From NCBI GenBank assembly GCA_047495785.1, contig JBLDXI010000011.1:1798001-1862000 (forward strand): DNA of 64,000 bases, given 5' to 3'. The notes beneath the pieces are model-generated. The model saw only the letters and a list, made by a program, of their open reading frames with translations. It was not told the DNA's origin and did not search any database. The number at the start of each line of letters is the position of its first letter. Position 1 is the first letter of the stretch. Origin of the DNA: Lepidodermella squamata (taxonomy: Eukaryota > Animalia > Gastrotricha). Made by a program: the position numbers and the translations under genes. Positions 47,780-61,120 of this stretch are shown one piece after another.

Positions 47780-48590
47780 AAAACAAATCTGTTCATTCTT
47801 TTGAAAAAAGTCATAATTACTGAAATTTGAATATTGGAAGAAGAAGAAAGGATAGAGCGCACTGCGTTATGGCGCTTCTCTGAGACAGTTCGCCCCTCAG
47901 GACTAGAAAATACTGATTTATCGCAAATTCATCCGATTTATTTATCATTCACGGCAGGCGCAGACGAGGGAAGGCTAGTTCGGAAGTTGTGATCGGAGTA
48001 AAGCGAGGTCCAGGAGACAGAATGAAATTGTTGGACTGGGAGCGGGAAGTCGGACTTTCAGCATCCAGCATACGCTCATTTGGGGAGAAAGACTGGTGAT
48101 TTCGCAAGCTTCAGAACAGTGAGCTCTAACTCGATAGTCAATATGAATATTCGGAAAAGAGGGATGAAACCCTATGCTTAATGCTTAGGAAAATTACGCA
48201 ACAAGTTGCAACAAGTGCTTTCGAATTGCTTGGAATTTCTTCTTTACTGTTTGTTGCGGTAATTGTTTCTTCACTGACGAAGGGTCAGCCTGAAATCGTG
48301 CCTAAAGAGACGCATCGAAAACCTAGCTTACGAACTGTGAATCAATGCCGCGAGCGCTGTTTCAGCGGTGAGAGCCGCACGGTCTCAATAGGCATTTGGA
48401 AAATAGCCTTTGAAACCTTCATTTTAAAACAACATCCGTTTTTGATAAGGAGCGGATTTTCATTTGAACGTCGATGCCCACGTTAATACAAAAAAGTTTC
48501 GTGTGTGCCATGCCACTTAATGACGGTTTAGCAGCATATGACATGGCTTTCTTTTACAGCTGCACAACAAATAAATTTAGAAATTATTCT

Positions 48591-49785
48591 ATGATTTCAC
48601 ATTGGAGAGAAATTCCAACTTTCATCCGGATTCCTTTGAGCCAGGACCTAAATTATAAAATAATCTATTACATTTGCGTGTCATCAACGTTTCTTGGATT
48701 GACTGGTGCGTGTGTCTCGCCCACGCCAGCAACTGCCTCAGGCCCAATATTCGTCCCGTTCACAAGCTCGCCAACATTAGGCTGCCCAGTCGGTCAATCA
48801 TGCACATCGCAGCCGAATATTTGCGACTCATCGACGAAAAGCTGTGTACCAAGTAGCAACCTGTGCTCAGACTCTTCGAAAAGCTGTTTAACAACAGCCA
48901 ATCCATGCCCCTCAAGTCAGACTTGCCAAAGCGCGGTAAGTAAATTCGCTGACTTTGTTTCTCAATGGCCCAAAAAAGACTGGTAGGGTTTTGCTCTTCT
49001 AAATTCGGAATATAGGATTAAAACTGCCCTATGTAGTTGGCCATAAAAGCCGATGAATGAATGAGGCGTTGCTATTCGTGCCTTTCGTGGTATTAGATTG
49101 GGATTATTTTTTAAGAATACTTGAATAATTGTTACTCGTTTTTTTCTCAGCCCGTTTACAGCTTATGCCAAATAACGACGATTGGCGGCAGTGGCGTAAG
49201 TAAGCCGGGTGTAAAATTCTGTTTAGATAACGGCGGAGCGTGTAGCATGTTGACGGGCGCAACCGTAAGACCATCAGGACACAATTGTCCCTTAGATTTA
49301 TGCAACTTGTCGTCTAGGAAATGCCCACGACGCCTAACAAATTTTCATCGTTCTCGGCTTGCTGCACAGCGGCTGCGTCATTTTCGACACCAAGTGCCGC
49401 CTGGTACGAAAAAGTAGCATTCGCTACGCCATCGAACACATATGCAATAGCCTGTATTGCGTCGGTCAATGGAGCACCTTACTTTGTTACGAAATCGTCT
49501 GCGTCTCCTACCACCGCTAACTGCGTGAGCTTCCCGCACTCTGCTGAAACTGGCACTGATGCTCTCATCACCAGTACTTTGGTATGAGTTATGCCCAACT
49601 TTCATTGCTTCGAATCGATTAAGTATCCACCTAAATAGGTAACCAACCCACCGGACACATATCAGTATTCAACCTTCGCCGCTTGCTGCCAGGGCATCGG
49701 TGCCGCTCCTGGAGCTGCGATTGCGCCGTCAACTGTCAGACTTTACGGGCTCATTCTTGAGAAATGCTCTGTGCCTAGTGTTTGA
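48591..49785 (+). CDS. Secreted Cys-rich family member 9 (~289 aa; start codon uncertain)
   Basis: Exons 48591-48935, 49151-49264, 49318-49581, 49639-49785; phase 0, no stops. Confidence 0.8.
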
Positions 49786-50236
49786 GTTGAAAGCGGCATT
49801 CCGTCGGCTAGCGCTCATACATTTATGTGATCAAATTTTTGATATGCTTTCACTCTGATCTACTTTGTAGAATGCGGCTTATCTCAAGCCGAATCGAACG
49901 AGCCATCACATGCAGTTTGGGGCCTGGGAAGAAAATAGCGAATAAAAGTTATCACTACTACTTATTTTTGCAGGGTTAATGACTTTAATCCAGTTTTTAT
50001 GTAGCTGATAGTAGGCATAATGAAAAATGTAATGATGCATAAAGCTATTCTTATATGTAAACAACTGAGCTGTTAATTGATCATTTCGTTGAAGACAATT
50101 TTCCGGGTTGCGCAAGCACCTGGCAGTAATCTTTTCTATAATGAAGTGAAATGATTGCAGTGGTCACGTTAAAACAGCTACATTGAAGCTTTCAGGTGTG
50201 CTAGTTATTAGTTATACTCGCATTTGGCTGTTTCAG

Positions 50237-51449
50237 ATGGTTATATTAAATGAAGGCGTGAAATCTACACTGATTTATTTAATGTTTTCAGCATCAGTAT
50301 TCCTTGAATTGGCTGATGCGTGTGTTTCGACCGCTTCAGAAACCAATGGAGGCGCTAAATTCGTACCGTTCACCAATCCGCCTGTAACGCCAACTTGCCA
50401 ATGCGTGTCGTTAGAAAATACATGCGACGTTTCGACGAAAAGCTGTGTACTTAGTAGCAATCCTTGCCCAACAAATCAGACGTGTCAAAGTTCGGTAAGT
50501 ATTTTTACTGCAGTTTTTGCCGTTGCTCAGATTTATTGAGTGCCTTGGGGAAAACAGACAAAGAGTTCAGGGCTGCGTTTTATACTCACATAAAACGCTC
50601 CCATAAAAGTTCGCAAGTTTTAAATTGCGATAATCAGTTATAAATAATAGAATCTCGAATACTTACAGGTAAGCGAGGAACAAGGTTGCTAAAAAGGATG
50701 AGTGTGAGTGCATTCATCTTTAAGTTGGTTTTTATAGTTTTGCATGTCCCCTCCCCCTCCCCTCCATTCCGCCTATGCATTGTATTATTATTGATTATAC
50801 CATTTATCACATTACAGCCTGTCTACAATCTATGCCAAATCACCACAATCGGCGGCTCAGGTGTCACTTCGAATATACATTTTTGCCTGAATAAGGGCGG
50901 ACCCTGCAGCCAGTTGATTGGCGCAACGGTAATCCACAAACAATTTTTACCTGACAATAGCTTTCACAATAGCTGTCTAATTCCAGCCAGCTCCAGTGCC
51001 CAACATTTTCTCAACGTTTTCAGCCTGCTGTCAAGCGACAACAAACTCCCCGAAGTTGATCAAGTTCGAGCATGTCGCATTTGCGACGCCTTCGAACACG
51101 TTCGCAACTGCCTGCATTGCAGGTTGGACTGAAACGCCGTACTTTGTGACAGGAGCCACTGCTTTCAGTCCTGCTTATGACTGCGTGCGTTTCCCCTACA
51201 CAGCAGCGAGCCCGGTTAATACCGTCGCTTTTACTATTCTAGTAAGACACTTACGAAGCTGTTTCAACATCGTCAATTTCAAATTGTACTTTGCAGCCGT
51301 CTTATCCAACCAAATATAACGGCTATTTAACTTACGCAGCGTGCTGCCGGATAATTGGTTCTGTTTCACGCTCAGAAATCGCGCCGTCGACAGTTTCAAT
51401 TTATGGACTAATCGTAGAGAGATGCTCCGGGCAGAACTGGTTGCTATAA
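50237..51449 (+). CDS. Secreted Cys-rich family member 10 (~258 aa, intact)
   Basis: Exons 50237-50494, 50818-50928, 50987-51241, 51297-51449; phase 0. Confidence 0.85.
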
Positions 51450-52009
51450 TTGTTGTTTGTTATCATCGTCTTTCGCTATTACGCAATTTTGATTTTGCTA
51501 CAACCTGTACCAGCGTGAAGTTTGAGCCGAAAATACAGCTATCTACGCTTTTCAGACTCAGAAACGTGTTGCAGACTGCAGACAAAGAATTTGTTGTTTT
51601 AAAAAACCATGAATGGCAGATCCTCAATGTTCAATTCATTTTCAAACAAGGAAAAATCACAGCTGAAGTAAAATTAATATAATAATACTCCGAGTTCCTT
51701 ACACACTGCCATCGCTTTCGCCTAACGAAAATTAAGTCTGAAATTTCCTAGGAATAATGTGTAAAGGGGAAAGCAACTTGGTGGAGAATTGAGCTACGTT
51801 AATAATTCTGAAAGCGCAATCATTTTGATAGCAAACCTTTTATTCAGCAGTGGTCACGTTAAAAGATGTTCATTATAGCCGGCCGGTGAGCTTGCTCGCA
51901 TTTAGTAGTTGTTTTGATCGCGAGAAGCATATAGTTTCTCAGCCTATAAATCGGTTAATTTCAGCTTTTTAGAAGTAATTATTTACAACTGTTAAGCGTG
52001 CATAGAACT

Positions 52010-53106
52010 ATGAAATCTTTGACATCTTTTAATGTTTTGTTGATTCATTGCATTTTCACATCACTATTTCTTGACCTGGGCGATGCATGCGTCTCAACCA
52101 CTTCAGAATCTAATGAAGGGCCAAGGTTTGCTACTCTGGCAGTCACGCCGGCTTGTCTATGCGTTCCGACGGCCAATATTTGCGACGCTTCGACAAAAAG
52201 CTGTGCACCTATTGGTAGTAATCTATGCCCGGCAAGTCAGATTTGCCAACTCTCGGTAATTTATAAAATGACATTTGCTGTTTCTGGAATAGTCAGATTG
52301 ATTATGAGCTGGCTTGACTTGAGCTTGTCCTGTTGTTGAGCCGCCAAGGCTGTTTTCTATTTATGTACCTTAGTTTAAGGCGATACTTGGTTTTATTAAT
52401 TCCATACCCGCTTTTACTTTATTTCATCTAACGGCTTATTATGTATCGCATAAAATAGCCAGTCTACAACCTTTGCCAAATCACCACTATCGGGAGCCCT
52501 ATCATCGCTCAGACGATCAAGTTTTGTTTGGATAATAGCGGGGACTGTGGCCTGTTGACCGGCGCAACAGTAAGCACAATCTGATTGCGTTGAGTCGAAA
52601 TGATTTTTTTTAATTCCAGCCAGCTCCGTTGCCCAACATATTCTCAACGTTTTCAGCCTGCTGTCAAGCGACAACAAACTCTCCAAACTTGATCAAGTAC
52701 GAACATATTGAATTTTCGTCGCTTTCGTACACGTTCGCAACAGCTTGCTTCGGTGCCTTGACAGAAACGCCTTACCTTATAACAGGAGAGTCGTCCTTTC
52801 CCCAAATTGCTCACTGCGTGAGCATTCCGCATTCGGCATCGCATCCACTTCATATTGCCGTTAACAGATTGGTAAGATAATTTCGAAAAAAGTGTACAAT
52901 CTCACTGATTTAGTTGTGTTGAACAGCCTATGCGGCCAATCGCAAATTCTCACAGCTATCCAACCTTTGCGGCCTGTTGCAAGGCACTCGGTGCCCTCAT
53001 AATATCACGGCCAGAAACGGCATCGACAGTTTCGCTTTACGGGCTCGTTGTAGAGGGCTGCATTGCTTATGAAAATACATACAGGGTGATCCAAAAGTCT
53101 ATGTAG
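52010..53106 (+). CDS. Secreted Cys-rich family member 11 (~262 aa; C-terminus donated by a Tc1/mariner TIR)
   Basis: Exons 52010-52255, 52459-52569, 52620-52871, 52927-53106; phase 0. Confidence 0.85.
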
Positions 53107-53662
53107 GTTGCCACATTGGTTTGTTATTACAATTTATTAAGAAATTAGTGTTCCAACTGAAATAGGTCAAATTAGTACCTAAGAGCAATTCGACCCTGCC
53201 GAATTCGAAAAAAATTATCTTGCTTTGGCATTAACGATTTATAACCTTCAAGTAAACGCTCAACGCAGTCCTCCAAGCTTGAAAAGCTGTTCAAGCCTGT
53301 TTTAAACGAAAAATTAGGGACAATGAGCAGTGGGTTGGTTCTTTTCACTAAAATTTGTTTCAGAATTACGATGACTCTCATTCCAAACACACCTGCTGAA
53401 AGAAAATTGCTAAAGGTTACGCAATGCCTTGGAAGCGCTTGAACGGCGCCTTTGAGGAATTGCGCAACGCTCAACAGCCGTGCGCATCTTCTTCGTTGGG
53501 AGCTCAGTGTGACTCTAATTTTGGTGGAAACTTGTCAAATTATATATCAAAATGATCGTGGAAGAGCAAGGAATCGAATGGTACATCATAAATTGATTCA
53601 ATTATCATTGTTATGAATGAGCGACAGTTTTTATTACCTACATAGACTTTTGGATCACCCTG
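53082..53662. mobile_element. Non-autonomous Tc1/mariner element, 581 bp
   Basis: 27-bp TIRs CAGGGTGATCCAAAAGTCTATGTAGGT. TA TSD at 53080-53081 and 53663-53664. Confidence 0.92.
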
Positions 53663-53782
53663 TAATGCTGCGCATTTAAACTTGCGTCATGCGATCGTCT
53701 TTCTATTTTGAGAATTTTTGTCTTTGTGATTAAGGACCGTCATCTGGTGTGTTGTCATTATTTGAATATTTGTTAAAAAATA

Positions 53783-54277
53783 GGGTGCCAACTTTCATAC
53801 ATAAATATGTATGAAATTTTTACCTTTCATACATATTTATGTATGACAAAATTAACTTTCATACATATTTTTTTTCATTAAATTCAAGCTGAAAACATTA
53901 GGGAAATGCCAGATGATTAGTTTTCGGTTTATGTAAGAGAAAAACGGGGTTCCGAAAGCGTAGTCAATTTTTTCCGCATGAAAATGGTCATTGGGGAAGC
54001 GCAAGGGCCCAAAAATCGAACTTTGTAGAAACCCGAAACTCGAACTACCCCAACCCTAAACCTTAACCGTGAACCCAAACCAAACCCTAAACCTAACCCT
54101 AACCCTAACCCGAACCCTGGCACCTAACCCTAACCCCTAACTCCAATTCCTAATCACAGTTTGGCTAAAAAACACGATTTTATGAAAAAAAATATGTATG
54201 AAAGTTAATTTTGTCATACATAAATATGTATGAAAGGGAAAAATTTCATACATAAATATGTATGAAAGTGCACTTCG
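53783..54277. mobile_element. Non-autonomous Mutator-like (MULE) element, 495 bp
   Basis: 9-bp TSD TAAAAAATA (53774-53782, 54278-54286). ~90-bp inverted repeats built of TTTCATACAT...ATGTATGAAA palindromes. Internal degenerate (AACCCT)n tract at ~54040-54150. Confidence 0.8.
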
Positions 54278-55652
54278 TAAAAAATATTTAATATACTAAG
54301 TGACGTCGAAAAACTGAGAGGCGCCAACATCTTCAGCGCCACTTCTCAATTTGAGGCTTTGTCTCATTTTGGAGAGTGGCACAAAGTGGGGATAACCAAC
54401 GACAAAAAATGTATGGTGAATGATTTGAAAAACTCCGGTTTATGCAGACGAAAATTTCGAAAAATTGCTGCTCTATTCCAATGTTCAAAACGCTAGCTGC
54501 CCATCGGTGCCACCTTCAATTTTCAGTTTTCCTGGCCTAAATCAATTTTAAATTTGTAAGCATTTGTAAGCAACTTCTCCATTATCACAACACAATAACG
54601 CCGGAGAAATTAAACGTCCTTTCGTTTGTTTTTTATTCCAAAAAAAGAATGCCATCACTTCAATATCAATTATTATCATTAAATTAATATAACTCGTTAT
54701 TCAGTACAGAGAGATGGGAACCACACACATACACAACGTCGAATGTCGTCCGTCGATCCTCAAAATATTCCACAAAAAATTTGCAATCATTTTTCATCAT
54801 CATAGCCAAATTTTTACGAAATTTATCAATTTCTTGTGAATTACGCTAGTAAGAATTTTCAATAATTTTATTGAATTTCTCAAAAAATCGAGATGAGAAA
54901 AATTCAAATTTTCTAAACTGCTTAAAAATCATTATACAATTATATACCAGCAAGTCGAGGAAAATATTATGAAAAAAGTGAGCCATGATTTGTTGAATTT
55001 ACCCACGTCAAACTTGCCACAATATTCCGATTTATTTTCCGATCAGGTCAACAAAAATAGTGCGACATAGAGATAGAGATAGAGTCGAAGTAAAATTACG
55101 CGACAAAGAAAAAGGGAACAACCAAATCTAAATTTTTTGCCGTCTAGTTACAATAAGAAGAAGTGATAAACAATTCTGAAATAATTACGCAGAATTTATT
55201 TTTCGCAATCAACAAAATCATGATTCAATTTTTCTCGAAAAAAATGACGGGCACATTGCTCCAAAACAAGAAGAAAAGAACGAGAGAGAACACGTGCATT
55301 TATTTTTTAATATTAATCATTTTATTTATTCGATTTTTTTAACGAGAGAACAGCGAATTGTGTTGAGCGGCCATCGAGAGAATCTGCATTTCAATGCGGA
55401 AGCGAAAAAATCCGCCCTGAAAAAATCATGCAGATACTAAATGTTTTTTTCTTCGAATGAAATGAGCCATTTTTTTATGCGAAATATATGCTGACTTCAA
55501 AAACGAGAGAATAAGAGAGAAAAAAGGCGCAAATAAGGCACTGCCGTATTTTTTGACCCGAAATGTTTCATCATCAGTGCAAAAAATCGTGAGAAAAAAA
55601 CGTGTTTTTTTACAATTTATTTCATTTTTTCGATGGCACGGCGGCGTAAATA

Positions 55653-58600
55653 TCACGCGACTGAAGGCTGAGGCTCCTGCGGGGGTGGGTCGCTGCCGCT
55701 GGCCGCCGAACCCGCCGCGCCGGCTGACGATGAGTTGTCGACCTGGGACGGGCCGGCTACGTTCGCCGTCGCGAAGTGCGGCCGGAAAACCATGGACGAA
55801 ATGTGGAAAACAGGCCCGTTGGGCGGTTTCGACGACGACGGCGCTGGGGTCATTACTTGCGGTGGGGTTTGCGACGGGGTGGCCATGGCTACTGCGGGCG
55901 AGGCAGAGGTGGGCGGCGGCTGCTGGTTGGATGGTGTTGTTGTCGAGGGCGTGGTGGTGGTGGGAGGGCGCGGGTGCGAGGGTTCGGGCAGGCGCAGGTG
56001 CGACAGGAACTCGGCCATGTCCGACGAGGTGAGCGGCACCATCGTCTGGTGCGGCGTGGGCGAGGCCGAGTTGTCGCCTATTGTAGGTGTACTCTGCTTG
56101 TTTCGCGGCTTGTTAGGTGTCTAAATAAAGGAAAAAATTAATTAACATTTTAATAAAATTTTGGAATTAATTTAATTCAATTTAATTAAAATTTTAAAAT
56201 AATATCAACCCAAATTTTAATTTCAATCTTAAATCATAACTTTCAAATAAAAAATCTCTAGTAAATTCCTGCTATTAGCAATTAACAGCCGAGTTATTAG
56301 CAAATCTTCCTTAATTTCTCACGTCCGCAGAACGGGAGTTTTCCTGAGCTACGAACGCTGTCGAAAAACCGGAATTTCGTTTTTCGCTAATTACCCATGA
56401 TTTTTCTGTGTTTCGGTTCAATTTCGGAACTCAATTGTTGTTTCTCCTTCACTGAGTGGGAAATGGGCTTACACGATAGGATTAAATTTAAATTTTCAAG
56501 CTCTGTTTAATAAAAAGCTCAAAATCGAAAAATAAAAAATCCACCTTAATATTGACGCAATATCAAAACTGAGTAAAATAACGCTTATTTTCGCATCTTA
56601 AAAATACACAAACCGCATGCGGTAACAGCAATAAGGCGATGAGGGTTTCTCGTAGACAATTTCTCGCTTACTGGTAGGGGAGGATTATTCTAAAAATCAT
56701 GATAATCCATGAAAATCACCGAAAATGCTCGGCCAAATATCGAAATATGATGCTCAGCGATCCAGAGTAAGCCAAAAAGAGCTACAATTTCTGTTTTTAT
56801 CAATTTTTAATGTTGCATTCACGCTCAACTCTTGGATTCTAGCAAATTTTCACTCTTGCAGAAACATCGAATTAGACATAACACTCGAGGTAATTAGACA
56901 ATTCTACGATGTTTAGAAAAGTAACAAGGTGCTTAAGATTGGATATTGGATGAATATTGAATTGTCTCGAGGTCCTCTAACATCATCAAAAATATTCGAA
57001 TTAAATTCAATTTCTGACTGAAGTCGAAGGAAAAAAATTCGACCATTTGTGATAAATTAACGGAAAATCGGGAATCTCCCAGCTGAATTTTTTCTCCAGA
57101 TTTTCCTCGAGAAAATACCGATTTTCAACTGTAGTTTCCACGGTGCATGAATTTAGTTCTCCTATTTAGGAAGTTATTCTACGAACTAGAAACAACATCC
57201 AGAAAAAAATTAAGGTGGACTTTTCATTTTCGTAATCGAATAAAAATTTTCGTAATCAAAAAATGCAATTAAATTCCAATAACTTTCTTGAAATTTGAGC
57301 TCCTGGTTCAAAAAATCGCTCGCTAAAATGATTAAAAATTGAATAATAAATAAATTACCCGTCGCTGGGGCGTTTTTTTCGCAGCTACATCCGGCGTCGC
57401 CGTGCCGCCGTGATTTGAGTCCTGGTTGTGCTGCCCGGCCAACTGCGGCGTCGACGACTGGCCGCGGTTCTTCCTTGCCGCCGCGCGCTCCGCCGTCACC
57501 GTCGCCGTCGCCATAATCGCCTTGAGCGTCTCCTCAACCGACGCAGGAACCGCCGTCAAATGATTCTTCGTCGTCTCAGGCGCCGGCGGTTGCTGCTGTT
57601 GCTGTTGCATTTGCGGGGACTGCGAGATATTCTGAGACTGTGGCGGGGGTGGGGGAGGAGGGGGAGGTAAATTCTGTTGCTGCTGCTGTTGATGAAACCA
57701 CGGATTTACGACATTCTGATTCGCAAATTGCCGCATCAAATCGCCATTATTGTTGTTGTTCTGGCTATTGTTATTCGCCTGTTGCTGCTGGGGTATAAAT
57801 TGCTGCATCAACATTTGATTCGCGGCCTGGATCGCGCCTGGGTTCGAGCCGTAATACGGCAGCAGCGCGGCTAGGGTCGAGTTGAATATCGAAACAGCTT
57901 GTTGTTGCTGTTGCTCGGTGAATCGGCCGAAATTCGCGTTGTTGTTATTGTTGTTATTATTGTTATTATTATTCGACGACCCAGTCGCGGTTTGGAATGG
58001 ACCTAACGGGTACGAACTAACCACCTGTTGCTGCTGCGAATTATTTGTCGCCATCATTTGCTGCTGTTGTTGTGGCTGTTGTTGAGGTTGTTGCTGGGGC
58101 TGTGTAATTTGCGGCTGTTGCGGGTTATTCGCGATTTCTTTCAGCGATTTGTTCCGGTTGACTATCCGCTTCGATTCGTTGATGAAATCCGAGGCGGTCG
58201 TGATGTTTGAGCTGGTTTTCGACGTTAACGTGTCGACTTGTTGCCGGAGACGGGCGTTGTTTTGCGCCGTTAGTTGGCTCAACTCTTCTGATATCGCCCG
58301 GTCTCGCTCTTTTAGCTCGGCATTTTTCGCCCGAGCGGCTTCTAGACGAGCGGCCAAAATCTAGAAAAAATAATATAAAAATTATAAATGAGACAAAGAT
58401 TTTCCGGTTCTATTTAAAAATTATTATCGATAACCAAATTTAGCCGCCATAATATTTTTTTAATTTTTCAAGGTTTTTAGAATAGGCAATCTTAATTGAG
58501 ATTTACCAGCTATAAAATAAGGTAAAAGTTACATTTTTATAAATAAGTGATTAATTTTGAATTTTAACTAAATATTGGAAAATTATGGCATCGTCTGAAA

Positions 58601-61120
58601 TTCAAAAATTAAGAGCGCATTCAGTTGAGGCCGAAAGAGATTTTCCAAAAAATAAAAAACTACGGAAAACGATCAAAACTCAGCAGACTTGAATTTGGAC
58701 CAACTAATTTTCCTAAAAATGAATTTTCAAAATTTATTAAAAAATGTAAATAAACTCGAATGATTTTCTTTGAAAAAACTAGAAAAACCTTGAGATTACT
58801 GCATAATCCCTATTTAGTGAAATTATTCGTAAACTGTCCAATTTTTTTCGATAGAAATTATATTTCTTTTAGGAAATTTGTATCGCTATTTTCAAAATTT
58901 ATATTTTTTACAAATTTAGACTGAAATAACGCTTAAAATGATTGAATTATGTTTTCAATAAAATTATGACAAGCCTAAAATCCTGAAATTTAGAAGCAAA
59001 GGGTTTCTAGTTTCATTAAAATGAAAAAATTCGAGAAATTTCGAATCGACTCCCAATTGTTTTTACGAAAATAGCCGACATTGTTGCGAATTATGACGCT
59101 GCGCTTCATCCCTCTTTCTATAGAGCGACAATCCTTATACAAAAATGTTATAAAATTGTCCAATTAATTTCACGCATAACGGAGCTATTGAATTCTCGAT
59201 CGTTGATGAATAACGTGAGAAAATTAAGAGTGAGTCATTAAACGAAATCTCTCCATTCACTAAAAGCAGTGACCTAAAATATAACTTAACGACACGCAAT
59301 ATTATGAATTAGTCTACACAGGAATTTTACCAAAAATATCAAAAAAATAATAGTAATTTAAATTGGAAAAATAAAAAAAATCCTAAAATTAATTTGAACG
59401 GCTATTATTATTAAAAATTTATTGAAAAAAAGAAATTTCCGTAAAAATAATAAAATTCATTAAAAATCTAGGAAAAGAGAAAATGCTTTATTTTGGTAGG
59501 AAATTTACCTGTTTTTGCCCGGCCATAGTCTGATGTTCGATAAACGACAAAACCTGCGACTTGATGCGGTTGAAAAACGCATCGACCCGGCCCTCACGAC
59601 TCGCCGGATCGACCGCCGTCGAAGACACCGACGCCTTGTACAACAAATCCAACCCGGCCGGCATCGTTTTCGCCGCCTTTTTCGCATGCGGCTCGTCCTC
59701 CTTATCGGCGCCGCGATGGTGGTGATGATGGTGATGGTGCTCCTTCTCGCGTTTCCGCCGAGTTTTCTCAGCAACAACCAACTCCTCCGCGATTTTTGAC
59801 GATTTCTTAACGATTGGCGTCGAACCGAGCCGCGGGATCTTCGCAGGCCGGCCGCGGCCTCGATGCACGACTGGCTGGGCGGCCGCTGGTTGAGGTGGAT
59901 TTTCGACGACCGCCTTCTTCTCGTGGCCATTCGCCGTAGAAACACTCGGCACTTCGTCCTTCTCCGCCGATTTCGTGCTGACGTGGCTCTTACCAGACGC
60001 CATAGAGTCCTCGCTGTTGATAGATGAAGAAGAGCTAGGTACAGAGTTGCCTTGCCGTTCCCGCCTCGCTTTTTTCTTCTCGAAATACTCTTCTAGCATA
60101 GTACGGTCGAGCGTGTGCAGGTAGAACGAGAAGTCTCGACCCGTCCACGACACGGCCTGCGTGTTCGGCGAGATCGACAGTTCCTCAACTCGCAGTATAG
60201 CGCTTATATCCGAGAGGTTACGCTCGGTTATCTCAAACTTCATCGGACACAGCGAGAGCGAGCACACTATTTTAGCGCCTTGCTTCATGTTCTGTAGCCG
60301 CTGTTTCAACTCGTGGTTAACCTGCGGCCCGAACGCGAAGTTATTCGCGAAAACGACGTCCGCGTCGTTGATGACGTCGGCCCAGCGCTGCGTTAGGAAG
60401 TCCTCCTTAACGAGCTGAAACTCAGAGTACGACTTGCCGTACCACGCCATCCAAAACCGGAATTGCGCGTCCATCAGTTTTGCGTACGCGCTAGGCAAGT
60501 CGGCCCGCTCAACGCCGTAGGCTATGCGCAGATTAGGCACCATCGCCGCGACTTGCAGCACAACTTGGCCCACCCCGGAGCCGAGATCGATAAACGTGCC
60601 GTTTTCAGGCCATTTAATCTTCGAGACCATGCGTTCTATCAGCTCAAACGACGTCTCGCCGTACGTCTCCGGCGAGAATGGCGGGTATTGATTCAGTTTT
60701 TCCGGGTCACTCACCGCCCGGTAGTAACATTGTAGTAAGATGTGTTTCAACAGAGGGTGGGACGGTCGATGCCGCTCGAGGTATTTTTTCGAGCAACTCG
60801 TGCCCTTCCACATGCGTTGAATTTCGGTGACGGCGCGGTTGAATCGGTCGCATGATTCCCGCACGCTGTCATAACTCGAAGGGTCGACTTTGGCGAGAAT
60901 GTTCTGAACTGGGTATTTCAGCTCAGGAATATCCTCGCAAACGAAACTGAATGTAAGCCTTAGTTCTTCAAAGCCCTCTCTTCCGTCCTACAAATAAAAT
61001 GAAACATAAAAAATATTAGCTTTAAAATGCAATATGACTTACGAATGAGTTCAAAGGCCAGGTGAACACGGCTGGCTCAGCGCCGACGGGGCTCGATAGC
61101 CGGATTTCGCGCCTTGCCAT
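55653..61120 (-). CDS. DOT1L: Histone H3K79 methyltransferase DOT1-like (~1008 aa, 4 coding exons)
   Basis: Exons 61120-61043, 60987-59509, 58360-57359, 56120-55653, all in frame. Motifs LSSPVGAEPAVFTWPL, YPPFSPETYGETSF, FIDLGSGVGQVVLQVAA, VFANNFAFGP, ITERNLSDI, VSWTG. Low-complexity Q/N/P-rich tail. Confidence 0.95.

Noticed and set aside
54040-54150. Telomere or interstitial telomeric array (AACCCT)n; ORF 53929-54123
   Set aside because: Short, degenerate and enclosed in a TIR element with a 9-bp TSD. The GLGLG ORF is a repeat artefact.
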